From Vicinamibacteria bacterium (lineage in GTDB: Bacteria; Acidobacteriota; Vicinamibacteria; Marinacidobacterales; Marinacidobacteraceae): a stretch of 64,000 bases of DNA. The stretch covers positions 3,104,001 to 3,168,000 of the forward strand of contig OY821641.1 in the NCBI GenBank assembly GCA_963555995.3. Reading direction: 5' to 3'. The notes under the pieces were generated by a model. It worked only from the letters and a program-made list of their open reading frames with translations. It was not told where the DNA came from and searched no databases. Position numbers and translations under genes: made by a program. Positions 40,228-48,497 of the stretch are shown here, piece after piece (the stretch's first letter is position 1; the number at the start of each line of letters is the position of its first letter).

Positions 40228-42119
40228 CCCACTTCTGCCCCATTCCGGTCTCCGACCGCTCGCACGCGCTCGGAGCGGCCCGGACCCTTCCCGACCCCGG
40301 GGTCGCGCTCGCTCCCGAGCCCGCCGCCGCGCTCCGGTCGGCCCTCCTCGGCGGCGAGACGCACTACACCCCTCGCCCGGGCCTTCCGGAACTGCAGCAG
40401 GCGATCGGCCGGCGGCTCGAGGCGGCCGGGGCGCCGCCCGGAGGGACGGTGGTCGTCACCGGCGGGCGGCAGGAAGCGCTTTTCGTCGCACTCGCCGGGG
40501 CGCGGGCGGGAGCCGGTGACAAACCCGGCGGCGTGGCGCTCTCCCCGGCGACCGACGGCGATCCCGGAGTGCTCGCCGCCTGCGCCCTCCTCGATCTGGT
40601 TCCGGTGACCGAGGCGGCCGGGGACGACGCGGTCGCGCGGGTCGTCACCCCGGAGGAGGCCGGCGGCGCCGGGCCGGTCGAAATCGTGGACTGCGGCGAC
40701 CGGCTCCTCCCCGACGACGCGGAGAACACCTTCCTCGCCGGGGTGGGAGACGAAGCGGTGCTCGTCGGCTCGCTCGACGGCCTCCCCGAACTCGCCCCGT
40801 TCCGGGTCGGCTTCTTCCGGGCGCCGCCCCGGCTGCTGGGCCGGCTCCGGAGCCTGAAGCAGGCGGTCTCGATCTGCACCGCGGCCCCCTCGCAGCGGAC
40901 CGCCGCGCTCCTGCTGGGAGCCGGGCCGGCGAAACCGCAGCCGCGGCCCACGCTGGCCAAACCCGGCAGAGACGACTCGCGCTACTCCCTGATGGAGCTC
41001 GCCGCGCGTCTCGAGGGCGTGGTCAGCCTCGGCCGCGGCGATCCCGACGCCGACGCCCCGGAACCGGTGCTCGAAGCCGCCTGCGCCCGGATCAGGGAGA
41101 CGGAACCGCTGGACCCGCTCGGCCAGCGCTGGCTCCGCGAACGGATCGTCGAGCGGGAGGAGGCCCGCACCGGCATCCGCTGGGACCCGGACACCGAGAC
41201 CCTGGTCACCGGCGGCGCCCAGGAGGGCATCACCCTCGCGATGCTGGCGCTCGTGGGCGAGCGGGAGGAAGTGCTGCTCGCCGATCCGCGCTACACCTCG
41301 TACGTCCAGGCCATCGCGCTCGCGCGCGGCCGGATGGCGCCGGTTCCCTGCGGAGGAGTCCCCGGCGACGGCGGCGAGGACTTCGGGATGCGCGCCGCGG
41401 CCACCGAGGAAGTCCTCCGCCAGACCGAGCGGCCCCGGCTCCTCACGATCGTGAACTTCTCCAACCCCACCGGCGCCCGCACCCGCGCGGAAGAAGTCGA
41501 GAACCTGTGCGGGCTCGCCGACCGCCACCACCTCTGGGTGCTGTCCGACGAGGTGTACGCCGACATGGCGCTCGACGGCGAGGGACCGGTCCTCTCGCCG
41601 TCCACGCTCCCGGGGATGCGGAACCGGACGCTGACCATGGGAAGCGTCTCCAAGAGCTACGCCATGACCGGCTTCCGCGTCGGCTACCTGACCGGCCCCG
41701 CCGACGCCATCGCCGCCTGCGCCCGCGCCAAGGCGGCGCTCTCCGGCCCGGGGCCGCTCTTCTCCCAGCGGGCGGCGGCGGCCGCGCTCGCCGGCGGCGA
41801 TGCGTTCCCGGCCCGGCTCCGCGAAATCTACGCGCCCCGCAGGCAACTGCTGCTCGACGGGTTCGCCCGGCTCGGCATCCCCACCGCCGCGCAGGGCGGC
41901 GGATTCTTCGTCTGGGCGGACATCTCCCGCTTCGGTCTCTCCGCGGAAGCGTTCTGCCGCCGCCTCCTCACCGAGGCGCGCGTGCTGATCTTCCCCGGCA
42001 CCGCCTTCGGCGAGCGCTGGGACCGCTACGCCCGGGTCTCCATGCTCCAGTCGGAGGAGCGGATCGGCGAAGCGCTGGAGCGGATGGCGAGCTTCGACCC
42101 CCGCGCCGCCGCGCTGTAG
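40224..42119 (+). CDS. Class I/II aminotransferase with degenerate duplicated N-terminal aminotransferase domain
   Basis: C-half has NPTG, SDEVY, SKSYAMTGFRVG; N-half has THYTPRPGLPEL, VTGGRQEAL, FRVGF but no PLP lysine. Confidence 0.85.
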   Translation: MTHFCPIPVSDRSHALGAARTLPDPGVALAPEPAAALRSALLGGETHYTPRPGLPELQQAIGRRLEAAGAPPGGTVVVTGGRQEALFVALAGARAGAGDKPGGVALSPATDGDPGVLAACALLDLVPVTEAAGDDAVARVVTPEEAGGAGPVEIVDCGDRLLPDDAENTFLAGVGDEAVLVGSLDGLPELAPFRVGFFRAPPRLLGRLRSLKQAVSICTAAPSQRTAALLLGAGPAKPQPRPTLAKPGRDDSRYSLMELAARLEGVVSLGRGDPDADAPEPVLEAACARIRETEPLDPLGQRWLRERIVEREEARTGIRWDPDTETLVTGGAQEGITLAMLALVGEREEVLLADPRYTSYVQAIALARGRMAPVPCGGVPGDGGEDFGMRAAATEEVLRQTERPRLLTIVNFSNPTGARTRAEEVENLCGLADRHHLWVLSDEVYADMALDGEGPVLSPSTLPGMRNRTLTMGSVSKSYAMTGFRVGYLTGPADAIAACARAKAALSGPGPLFSQRAAAAALAGGDAFPARLREIYAPRRQLLLDGFARLGIPTAAQGGGFFVWADISRFGLSAEAFCRRLLTEARVLIFPGTAFGERWDRYARVSMLQSEERIGEALERMASFDPRAAAL

Positions 42120-42166
42120 GGGACGGCGGCCGCACGGTCGGTCGCCAGACCGGCCTGGCGGCGCGA

Positions 42167-42226
42167 CGGCTTGGAACGCCGGTCTCCAGACCGGCACCGC
42201 GGCGCTCCGCGCCGCGCATGTCGCAA
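42167..42226 (+). repeat. REP-like palindrome
   Basis: CGGCTTGGAACGCCGGTCTCCAGACCGGCACCGCGGCGCTCCGCGCCGCG. Confidence 0.8.
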
Positions 42227-42456
42227 CGCCACTACGCCTCACCGCACCCACCAATCGGAATCGGCAGACTGGCGCCGGGACCGAGTCTTTCCATTCGCAG
42301 TAGCTCGCCCGGGGTTGCGAGACCGTCGTGAAGGATCTTGCGTGCTTTCCTGTCCCGGGGCGCAACGCTCGTTCTTCCGAATTCCCGTTCGACGCGTCGT
42401 CGCCGAGGCAGGGTGTTCCGCCTCCCGTAGAATCGAAGCGACGGGAGGGACGCCCG

Positions 42457-43905
42457 ATGACGGAACCACGGAACTGGCGCTTGATGCTCGCTCTGGGGAT
42501 CGCCCTGGCGATTCTGGCCGCCTGCGGCCGCGGAGGCGGTGAACCCGCCGGGGAGGCGGACGACGATCGCTTCCGGAAGTACGCCGCCGGAATGGGCGCG
42601 CACCATCTCTGCTCCGGCACCTTCGTGGTGGGGCGGGTCACCGAGCGGTCGCCGGAGACGGTGCTGGCCGAGGACATCGCACCGTTCGTCGGGTTCGCCT
42701 GGCAGGACGACTTCGAGTGGGAAGTGGACATGGAGGCGAAGAGCGCCACCGTCTGGGCCGCCGACGTGGCCCCACGGACGGCGAAGTATCACGGGGACCA
42801 GGGCTGCACCCTGCTGGAGGACGGCGCCGACTCGGTGCGGTTCACCCCGGTGCCCGTCCCGCGAGACCAGCCTCCCGCGGACGAGCAGGACTGGCCGCTC
42901 GGGGACGTCGGCGCGGAGGAACCGGACCAGGCCGGCGTGGACCGGGCCGCGCTCGACGCGGCGCTCGACGCCGCGATGGGGACCGAGCAGAACACCCGCG
43001 CCCTCGCCGTGGTCCGGCGCGGGAAGATCGTGGGGGAACGCTACGCCCCCGGGTTCACCCGGAACACCCCGCAGATCAGTTGGTCGGAGGGCAAGAGCGT
43101 CACGGCGACCCTGATCGGCGTGCTCATGCAGAAGGGCCACTTCGGGCTCGACGACCCGGCCCCGGTCGCCGAGTGGCGGGAGGAGGGCGACCCCCGCGGC
43201 GTCATCACGATGCGGCACCTGCTCACCATGAGCAGCGGGCTCGACATGACGAACCTCGGACTCGAGGGCGCGTCCTCCCTGATTCCCGAGAACGAGCACA
43301 TGCGCGTCTATTTCGACGCGCTGAACGTCTTCGAACACGCGTCGGGACAGCCCTACGGCATCCCGCCGGGCACCGAGTACCGCTACCGCAACTCCGACCC
43401 GCTGACCCTGGGGCGCATCGTGCGCGAGACCGTCGAGAACAACGACCGGGAATACCTGACCCACCCGCAGCGGATGCTCTTCGACCGGATCGGCTCCCGC
43501 GACTTCGTGCTGGAGCCGGACCCCTGGGGCAACTTCATCCTGAGCGGCTACGAGTACGGGAGCGCCGCCGACTGGATGCGCTTCGGGCTCCTCCACCTCT
43601 GGGACGGCGTCTTCGAGGGCGACCGCATCCTCCCCGAGGGCTGGTCGGAGTTCGTGAGCAGCCCCTCGCCCGGCGCGAAGGAAGACGAATACGGCGGCCT
43701 CTGGTGGCTGAACCTCGGGGGGCGCTACGCCGACATCCCGCGCGACGCCTACTGGGCGTCCGGGTTCATGGGACAGACCACCATGGTGATCCCGTCGCGG
43801 GACGTGGTGATCGTCCGTCTGGGCCCCAGCCCGGGCGAGTTCGGTCCCTACCTGAACGCCACCGTCTCCGCGATCCTCGCCACCTTCGACGACAGCGCGG
43901 GGTAA
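42457..43905 (+). CDS. Serine hydrolase (beta-lactamase/NylB-like) lipoprotein
   Basis: Lipobox LAAC; SEGK, LLTMSSG, YRN, SGFMGQ. Confidence 0.88.
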   Translation: MTEPRNWRLMLALGIALAILAACGRGGGEPAGEADDDRFRKYAAGMGAHHLCSGTFVVGRVTERSPETVLAEDIAPFVGFAWQDDFEWEVDMEAKSATVWAADVAPRTAKYHGDQGCTLLEDGADSVRFTPVPVPRDQPPADEQDWPLGDVGAEEPDQAGVDRAALDAALDAAMGTEQNTRALAVVRRGKIVGERYAPGFTRNTPQISWSEGKSVTATLIGVLMQKGHFGLDDPAPVAEWREEGDPRGVITMRHLLTMSSGLDMTNLGLEGASSLIPENEHMRVYFDALNVFEHASGQPYGIPPGTEYRYRNSDPLTLGRIVRETVENNDREYLTHPQRMLFDRIGSRDFVLEPDPWGNFILSGYEYGSAADWMRFGLLHLWDGVFEGDRILPEGWSEFVSSPSPGAKEDEYGGLWWLNLGGRYADIPRDAYWASGFMGQTTMVIPSRDVVIVRLGPSPGEFGPYLNATVSAILATFDDSAG

Positions 43906-43941
43906 CCGCCGGCTGGCTCACGGTTCCAGTACGTCAGTCTA

Positions 43942-43971
43942 TTAGTCATTTGGACTGTCCAAATGTATAAT
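43942..43971 (+). promoter_or_regulatory. Promoter with perfect palindromic operator
   Basis: CATTTGGAC-T-GTCCAAATG (43947-43965) abutting TATAAT (43966-43971), 7 nt before ATG. Confidence 0.7.
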
Positions 43972-43978
43972 ACGATGC

Positions 43979-45130
43979 ATGTTCAGTCGCCCATTGTGGC
44001 TGGATCGGATCCGCCGGGCCTGGTTGCACCGCCCGATCGTGTGGCTGTCGGGCGTCCGGAGGGTGGGGAAGACGACCCTGGCCCGGATGCTGCCCGGTGC
44101 GAAGCACCTGAACTGCGAACTCCCCGCCACCGCGCGGGCGCTGGCTGATCCGGAGCTCTTTCTCGGAGGCCAACCGTCCGGCTCGACCCTCGTCTTCGAC
44201 GAGATCCACCGTCTTCCGGACCCGAGCCTGCTGCTGAAGATCGCCGCGGACGAGTATCCGGAACTCCGGGTGCTGGCTACCGGCTCCTCCACGCTGGCCG
44301 CCACCCGCAAGTTCCGCGATTCCCTGACCGGCCGCAAGGAGGCGGTCCATCTGTGCCCGGTGCTCTGGGAAGAGTGCGCGGAGCCCTTCGGGGTCGGCGA
44401 TCTCGACCGCCGGTTGCTGCACGGCGGGCTGCCGGAGGCGCTGTTGCGGGACGAGAAACGCCCCTCGTCGTTCGGCGAGTGGATTGACAGCTTCTACGCC
44501 CGGGACATCCTGGAGCTGTTCGACGTCCGGAACCGCCAGGGTTTCCTGTCGCTGTTCCGGCTCCTGCTGCGTTGGAGCGGCGGTCTGCTCGACATCGCCC
44601 GGCTGGCCCGGCAGTGCGAGTTGAACCGCGCGACCGTGAGGACGTATCTCGAAGCGCTCCAGACCGCGCATGCCATCCACCTCCTCCGCCCGTTCCACGG
44701 CGGCGGAACGCGCGAACTCGTGGCCCGGCCGAAGTGCTACGCCTTCGATACCGGATTCGTCACTTTCGAGAAAGGATGGGACACGCTGCGGCCGGAGGAT
44801 CGCGGGATCCTCTGGGAGCACCTCGTGCTCGACTCGCTGCGCTTCCGACTGTCGGACGACCGCATCTTCTACTGGCGCGACAAGGCCGGTCGGGAGGTGG
44901 ACTTCGTCATCCGGCGCACCCGGGACCGCGTGGACCTCGTGGAATGCAAGCTGGACCCGGACGAACTCGACGGGAACGCCGTTCGCGCGTTCCGCCGGCT
45001 GTATCCGGCGGGGGAGAACTTCCTTGCCTCACCGGCGGTGAAGGAGCCCTACCGAATCCGGCGCGCGGGGTGCGTCTTCACCGTCCGCGCTCCCGGTCCG
45101 GCCGGACCATCGGTGGGTGGAATGACGTGA
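43979..45130 (+). CDS. AAA_14 ATPase with DUF4143 C-terminal domain
   Basis: GVRRVGKT, FDEIH, ATGS, GGLP, DTG, EVDFV..VECK. Confidence 0.9.
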   Translation: MFSRPLWLDRIRRAWLHRPIVWLSGVRRVGKTTLARMLPGAKHLNCELPATARALADPELFLGGQPSGSTLVFDEIHRLPDPSLLLKIAADEYPELRVLATGSSTLAATRKFRDSLTGRKEAVHLCPVLWEECAEPFGVGDLDRRLLHGGLPEALLRDEKRPSSFGEWIDSFYARDILELFDVRNRQGFLSLFRLLLRWSGGLLDIARLARQCELNRATVRTYLEALQTAHAIHLLRPFHGGGTRELVARPKCYAFDTGFVTFEKGWDTLRPEDRGILWEHLVLDSLRFRLSDDRIFYWRDKAGREVDFVIRRTRDRVDLVECKLDPDELDGNAVRAFRRLYPAGENFLASPAVKEPYRIRRAGCVFTVRAPGPAGPSVGGMT

Positions 45131-45264
45131 GTACCGAGGGCCCCACCGGGAACAGCCCCGCACGATCAGAACGAGCTGAGCGACGCTCCCCAAGTGAGCG
45201 AGGCGCCGCGGCACCGGCGCGGGTTTGCTGTGTGAACGCGGTCCCCCCAAGGTTGCGCCGCCCG

Positions 45265-45443
45265 CTGGGAGCGCCGGTCTTCAGACCGGCATCGCCCGCG
45301 CCGCGGGCGAAACTCCCGGTGTACCGTCGCCGTGTGGCGTTGCGCCATGCGGCGTGTCGTTCCACCATGCGGCGAATCAGCGATGGGAGTTTCGCTCCCC
45401 GTTGGGGAGCGATGCCGGTCTGAAGACCGGCGCTCCCAGCCGT
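45265..45443. repeat. Inverted REP doublet
   Basis: GGGAGCGCCGGTCTTCAGACCGGCA at about 45267 and the reverse copy at about 45413-45440. Confidence 0.8.
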
Positions 45444-45468
45444 TTCCGGGACACCGCGGTAGCGGCGA

Positions 45469-48366
45469 TCAGAAGATGACCCGGAGGCCGAGTTGGGCCT
45501 GGCGCTGGGCGCCGACGCGGGCGGCCCCGAGGCCGAACTCCGGGTTCGACCGGCCGTCATCGAGCGTCGGCTCCTGCTGGTCGGCGCCGGAGACCCGGAA
45601 GGTCTTCGCGTTCAGGACGTTGAACACCTCGAAGAGGGCTTCGAGCTGGGCGCCGGCGACCTGGAAGCGCTTCGTGATCCGGAGGTCGAGGTTCGTCCAG
45701 GCGTCGTTCCGCTCGCCGTTCACCGGGACGAGCTCGCCGCCCACGACCGCGCGGGTCTGGGGGCCGTAGGGGCCGACGTAGAAGTCCGGGTGGTTGTGGT
45801 AGCCCACCCGCGGGTCGAGCGCCGTGAACGGAGATCCGGACTGGGCCGTGAGGATGCCACTCGCCAGGATGTCGAACGGGAGCGTGAAGACGCCGCTCGC
45901 CACGAAGCGGTGCGGGATGTCCCGGCTGGAGACGCCCCAGTCGTAGTCCGGGTCCGCGGGGTCGGTGAGGGTGAGGCTGCCGGAGGAGCGCTCGTTGTCG
46001 TCGTTCGAGCGGTCGCGGGACCAGGTGTAGTGGGCCTGGAACTGGATGCCGTCCCGGAAGCGCCGCCGGAGCGCGGCGGTGACCGCGACGTAGTCGGAGC
46101 GCGCCAGCGACTGCCGGACCAGGACCGTCCCGTAGTTCGGGTTGATCCGCTCGCCGGAGTAGAGCGGGCGGCCGTGGGCGTCGCGTGACGGGGCGGGGGC
46201 GTTCGCGTCCACGTTCGAGGCCAGCAGATCGCCCCGCGCGTACACCACGTCGAGCGAGGCGGCGACGTCGCGGGCGACCTCGCGCTCGTAGCCGAGGTTG
46301 ACGCGGGTGGTGCGGGGGTCCTCGAAGTCCGGGTGGACGTAGCTGAGCGACGGCGTGAGGCCGGCGGGCGGGTTCCCGTTGTCGATCGCCGACCCGAGCG
46401 GGACGAACCCGGTCTGTCCGGGCGACACCACCGCGTTCCCGTAGCGGGGGAAGACGCCGGTGTCGCTGTAGGCGGAGAAGAACAGCAGCGTCGGGGTGCG
46501 GCCGTAGAAGATCCCGGCCCCGCCGCGCAGGATGCTGCCCTCGTCCAGCGAGTACACGAACCCGGCGCGCGGCGAGACGTTGTCGAGGTCGTCCGGGATC
46601 GCGGTCCCCTCCGGCAGGACGTGCGGAATCCCGTCCGGGTTGAAGGTGCCGTCCCAGCGCGCGCCGACGTTCAGGGTGAGCCGGGCGCTCGGGCTCCAGT
46701 TGTCCTGGACGTAGAACCCGAGGGTCTGCTGGGTCACGTCGAAGTTCGGGTTGCTCACGTCCCCGAAGAAGATCCGGGCGCGGGCGGCTTCCCCGTTCTC
46801 GAAGGCGGCCACGTCGTTGAAGTCGTAGCGGCCGTCGGCGTTTCCGGCGAAGTACTCGCTCAGGTCGTCCCGGCTGAAGTCCACGCCGAGACGGATCTCG
46901 TGGTTCCCCGAGAGGAACGAGAACCGCTCCTGGACCTGGAACTTCGCCTCGTCCACGTAGATGGGCAGCCACCACGGCTTCCCGAAGGAGCCGTAGGAGG
47001 GCGCGAAGATGCGGAAGTTCGCCTGGAGCGCGCTGTCGGGCAGGTTCGCCAGCCGGTCGAGGTCGTCGTAGGCGTACTGGACGCGGAACTCGTTGACGCC
47101 GGTCTCGCCGAGCAGCGAGACCACGGAACCGACGAGGGCGTGGGTCCGCTCCAGCTTCCGCGACTCCTCGGCCACGTAGTCCGAGGTCCGGGCGTAGTCG
47201 GTGACGTTGTAGCGGAGGGTGAGCGAGTGGTCGTCGTTCAGCCGGTGGTTCAGCTTGCCGAACAGGATCAGGTTGTCGGTCTCGCGCACGAACTGGCCGC
47301 TGGCGGTGCCGTCCCCGTTCGGGCTGAACCCGGCCAGCAGGTCGGGATAGCGGGCGCGCACCGCGTCGTACTGCCCGGCCCCCCGGATGTCGCGAAGGAA
47401 GGGCTGGCTGCGGGCGGTCTGGTCGTAGGAGAGGAAGAAGTGCGTCCGGTCGCGCACGATGGGGCCGCCGAACGACGCGCCCCAGTTGGTGCGCTCGAAC
47501 TCGTCCACCTCGTAGCGCCCGTCGTCCGCGGCGATCCCCCGGTGGGCGTCGAGCGGCGACTGCGCCAGCCGGGCGACCATGCGCTGGTCGCGGAAGAAGA
47601 GGAAGCCCGAGCCCGCGAAGTCGTTCGTCCCGGCCTTCGTGACCACGTTGATGTAGCCGCCGCCGGAGCGCCCGGCCTCGGCGGAGTAGCCGCTCGTGAC
47701 CACCTGGAACTCCTGGACCGATTCCTGCGCCACCACGAGGCCGCCGTTCTCGGTGGCCTCGCCGCCCCGGCCGTAGCCGAAGAAGGCGCTCTTCGCGTCC
47801 GCGCCGTCAATCGTCAGGCCGGAGTTGATGCCGCGCTGGCCGCTGAGCGAGATCCCGCCCCGCTGCGGCTCCACCTTCACGGTCGGCTTCAGCAGCGCGA
47901 ACTGCACGTAGTCGCGCCCCTGGATCGGCAGCGTGGAGATCTCGTCCTCGTCCACGTAGCCGGCGGCCCCGCCCCGGCCCACCTCGAGCAGCGGCGCCTC
48001 GGCGGTCACCAGCACGGCCTCCGCGACCCCCGACAGCGCGAGCTGGAGGTCGGTCTCGAGGATCTGGCCGACGAGGAGCCGGATCCCCTCGCGGCGGGTG
48101 GTCTGGAATCCGGCGAGCGACGCGGTCAGGTCGTACTCGCCGCTCGGAACGGACCGCACCGCGAAGAAGCCTCGGCCGTTCGTGACCGCGGCCCGGAGCT
48201 GTCCCCGCTCGGTGTCGAGGAGCTCGATGGTCACGCCCGGCAGCGCCCCGCCGCTCGCGTCGGTGACGAAGCCCTGCACCGTCCCGAGGGTCTGGATGGC
48301 GGCGGCCGGAACCGCGAAGAGGAGGGCCAGCAGGACGCCGGCCGGCAGTGACCTGGAGTTCGACAC
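45469..48366 (-). CDS. TonB-dependent receptor (Oar-like) with carboxypeptidase-regulatory-like N-terminal domain, copy 2
   Basis: GTVQGFVTD..LPGVTI, VQEFQVVT..AEAGRSGGG, YVQDNW, SPRAG, terminal QLGLRVIF; GTG start with AGGGAG RBS. Confidence 0.92.
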   Translation of the reverse strand: MSNSRSLPAGVLLALLFAVPAAAIQTLGTVQGFVTDASGGALPGVTIELLDTERGQLRAAVTNGRGFFAVRSVPSGEYDLTASLAGFQTTRREGIRLLVGQILETDLQLALSGVAEAVLVTAEAPLLEVGRGGAAGYVDEDEISTLPIQGRDYVQFALLKPTVKVEPQRGGISLSGQRGINSGLTIDGADAKSAFFGYGRGGEATENGGLVVAQESVQEFQVVTSGYSAEAGRSGGGYINVVTKAGTNDFAGSGFLFFRDQRMVARLAQSPLDAHRGIAADDGRYEVDEFERTNWGASFGGPIVRDRTHFFLSYDQTARSQPFLRDIRGAGQYDAVRARYPDLLAGFSPNGDGTASGQFVRETDNLILFGKLNHRLNDDHSLTLRYNVTDYARTSDYVAEESRKLERTHALVGSVVSLLGETGVNEFRVQYAYDDLDRLANLPDSALQANFRIFAPSYGSFGKPWWLPIYVDEAKFQVQERFSFLSGNHEIRLGVDFSRDDLSEYFAGNADGRYDFNDVAAFENGEAARARIFFGDVSNPNFDVTQQTLGFYVQDNWSPSARLTLNVGARWDGTFNPDGIPHVLPEGTAIPDDLDNVSPRAGFVYSLDEGSILRGGAGIFYGRTPTLLFFSAYSDTGVFPRYGNAVVSPGQTGFVPLGSAIDNGNPPAGLTPSLSYVHPDFEDPRTTRVNLGYEREVARDVAASLDVVYARGDLLASNVDANAPAPSRDAHGRPLYSGERINPNYGTVLVRQSLARSDYVAVTAALRRRFRDGIQFQAHYTWSRDRSNDDNERSSGSLTLTDPADPDYDWGVSSRDIPHRFVASGVFTLPFDILASGILTAQSGSPFTALDPRVGYHNHPDFYVGPYGPQTRAVVGGELVPVNGERNDAWTNLDLRITKRFQVAGAQLEALFEVFNVLNAKTFRVSGADQQEPTLDDGRSNPEFGLGAARVGAQRQAQLGLRVIF

Positions 48367-48497
48367 GTTCGTTGCTCCCTGGCGAAGCGGAGGAAGGGGA
48401 GGGGCCATCCGGCCCCCCGGACGCCGGAATCCTTGACGCGGATTCACTCCCGTTCAAGGAACAAGTGGAGAAATCCGCAAGACGAACACGCGACGGT

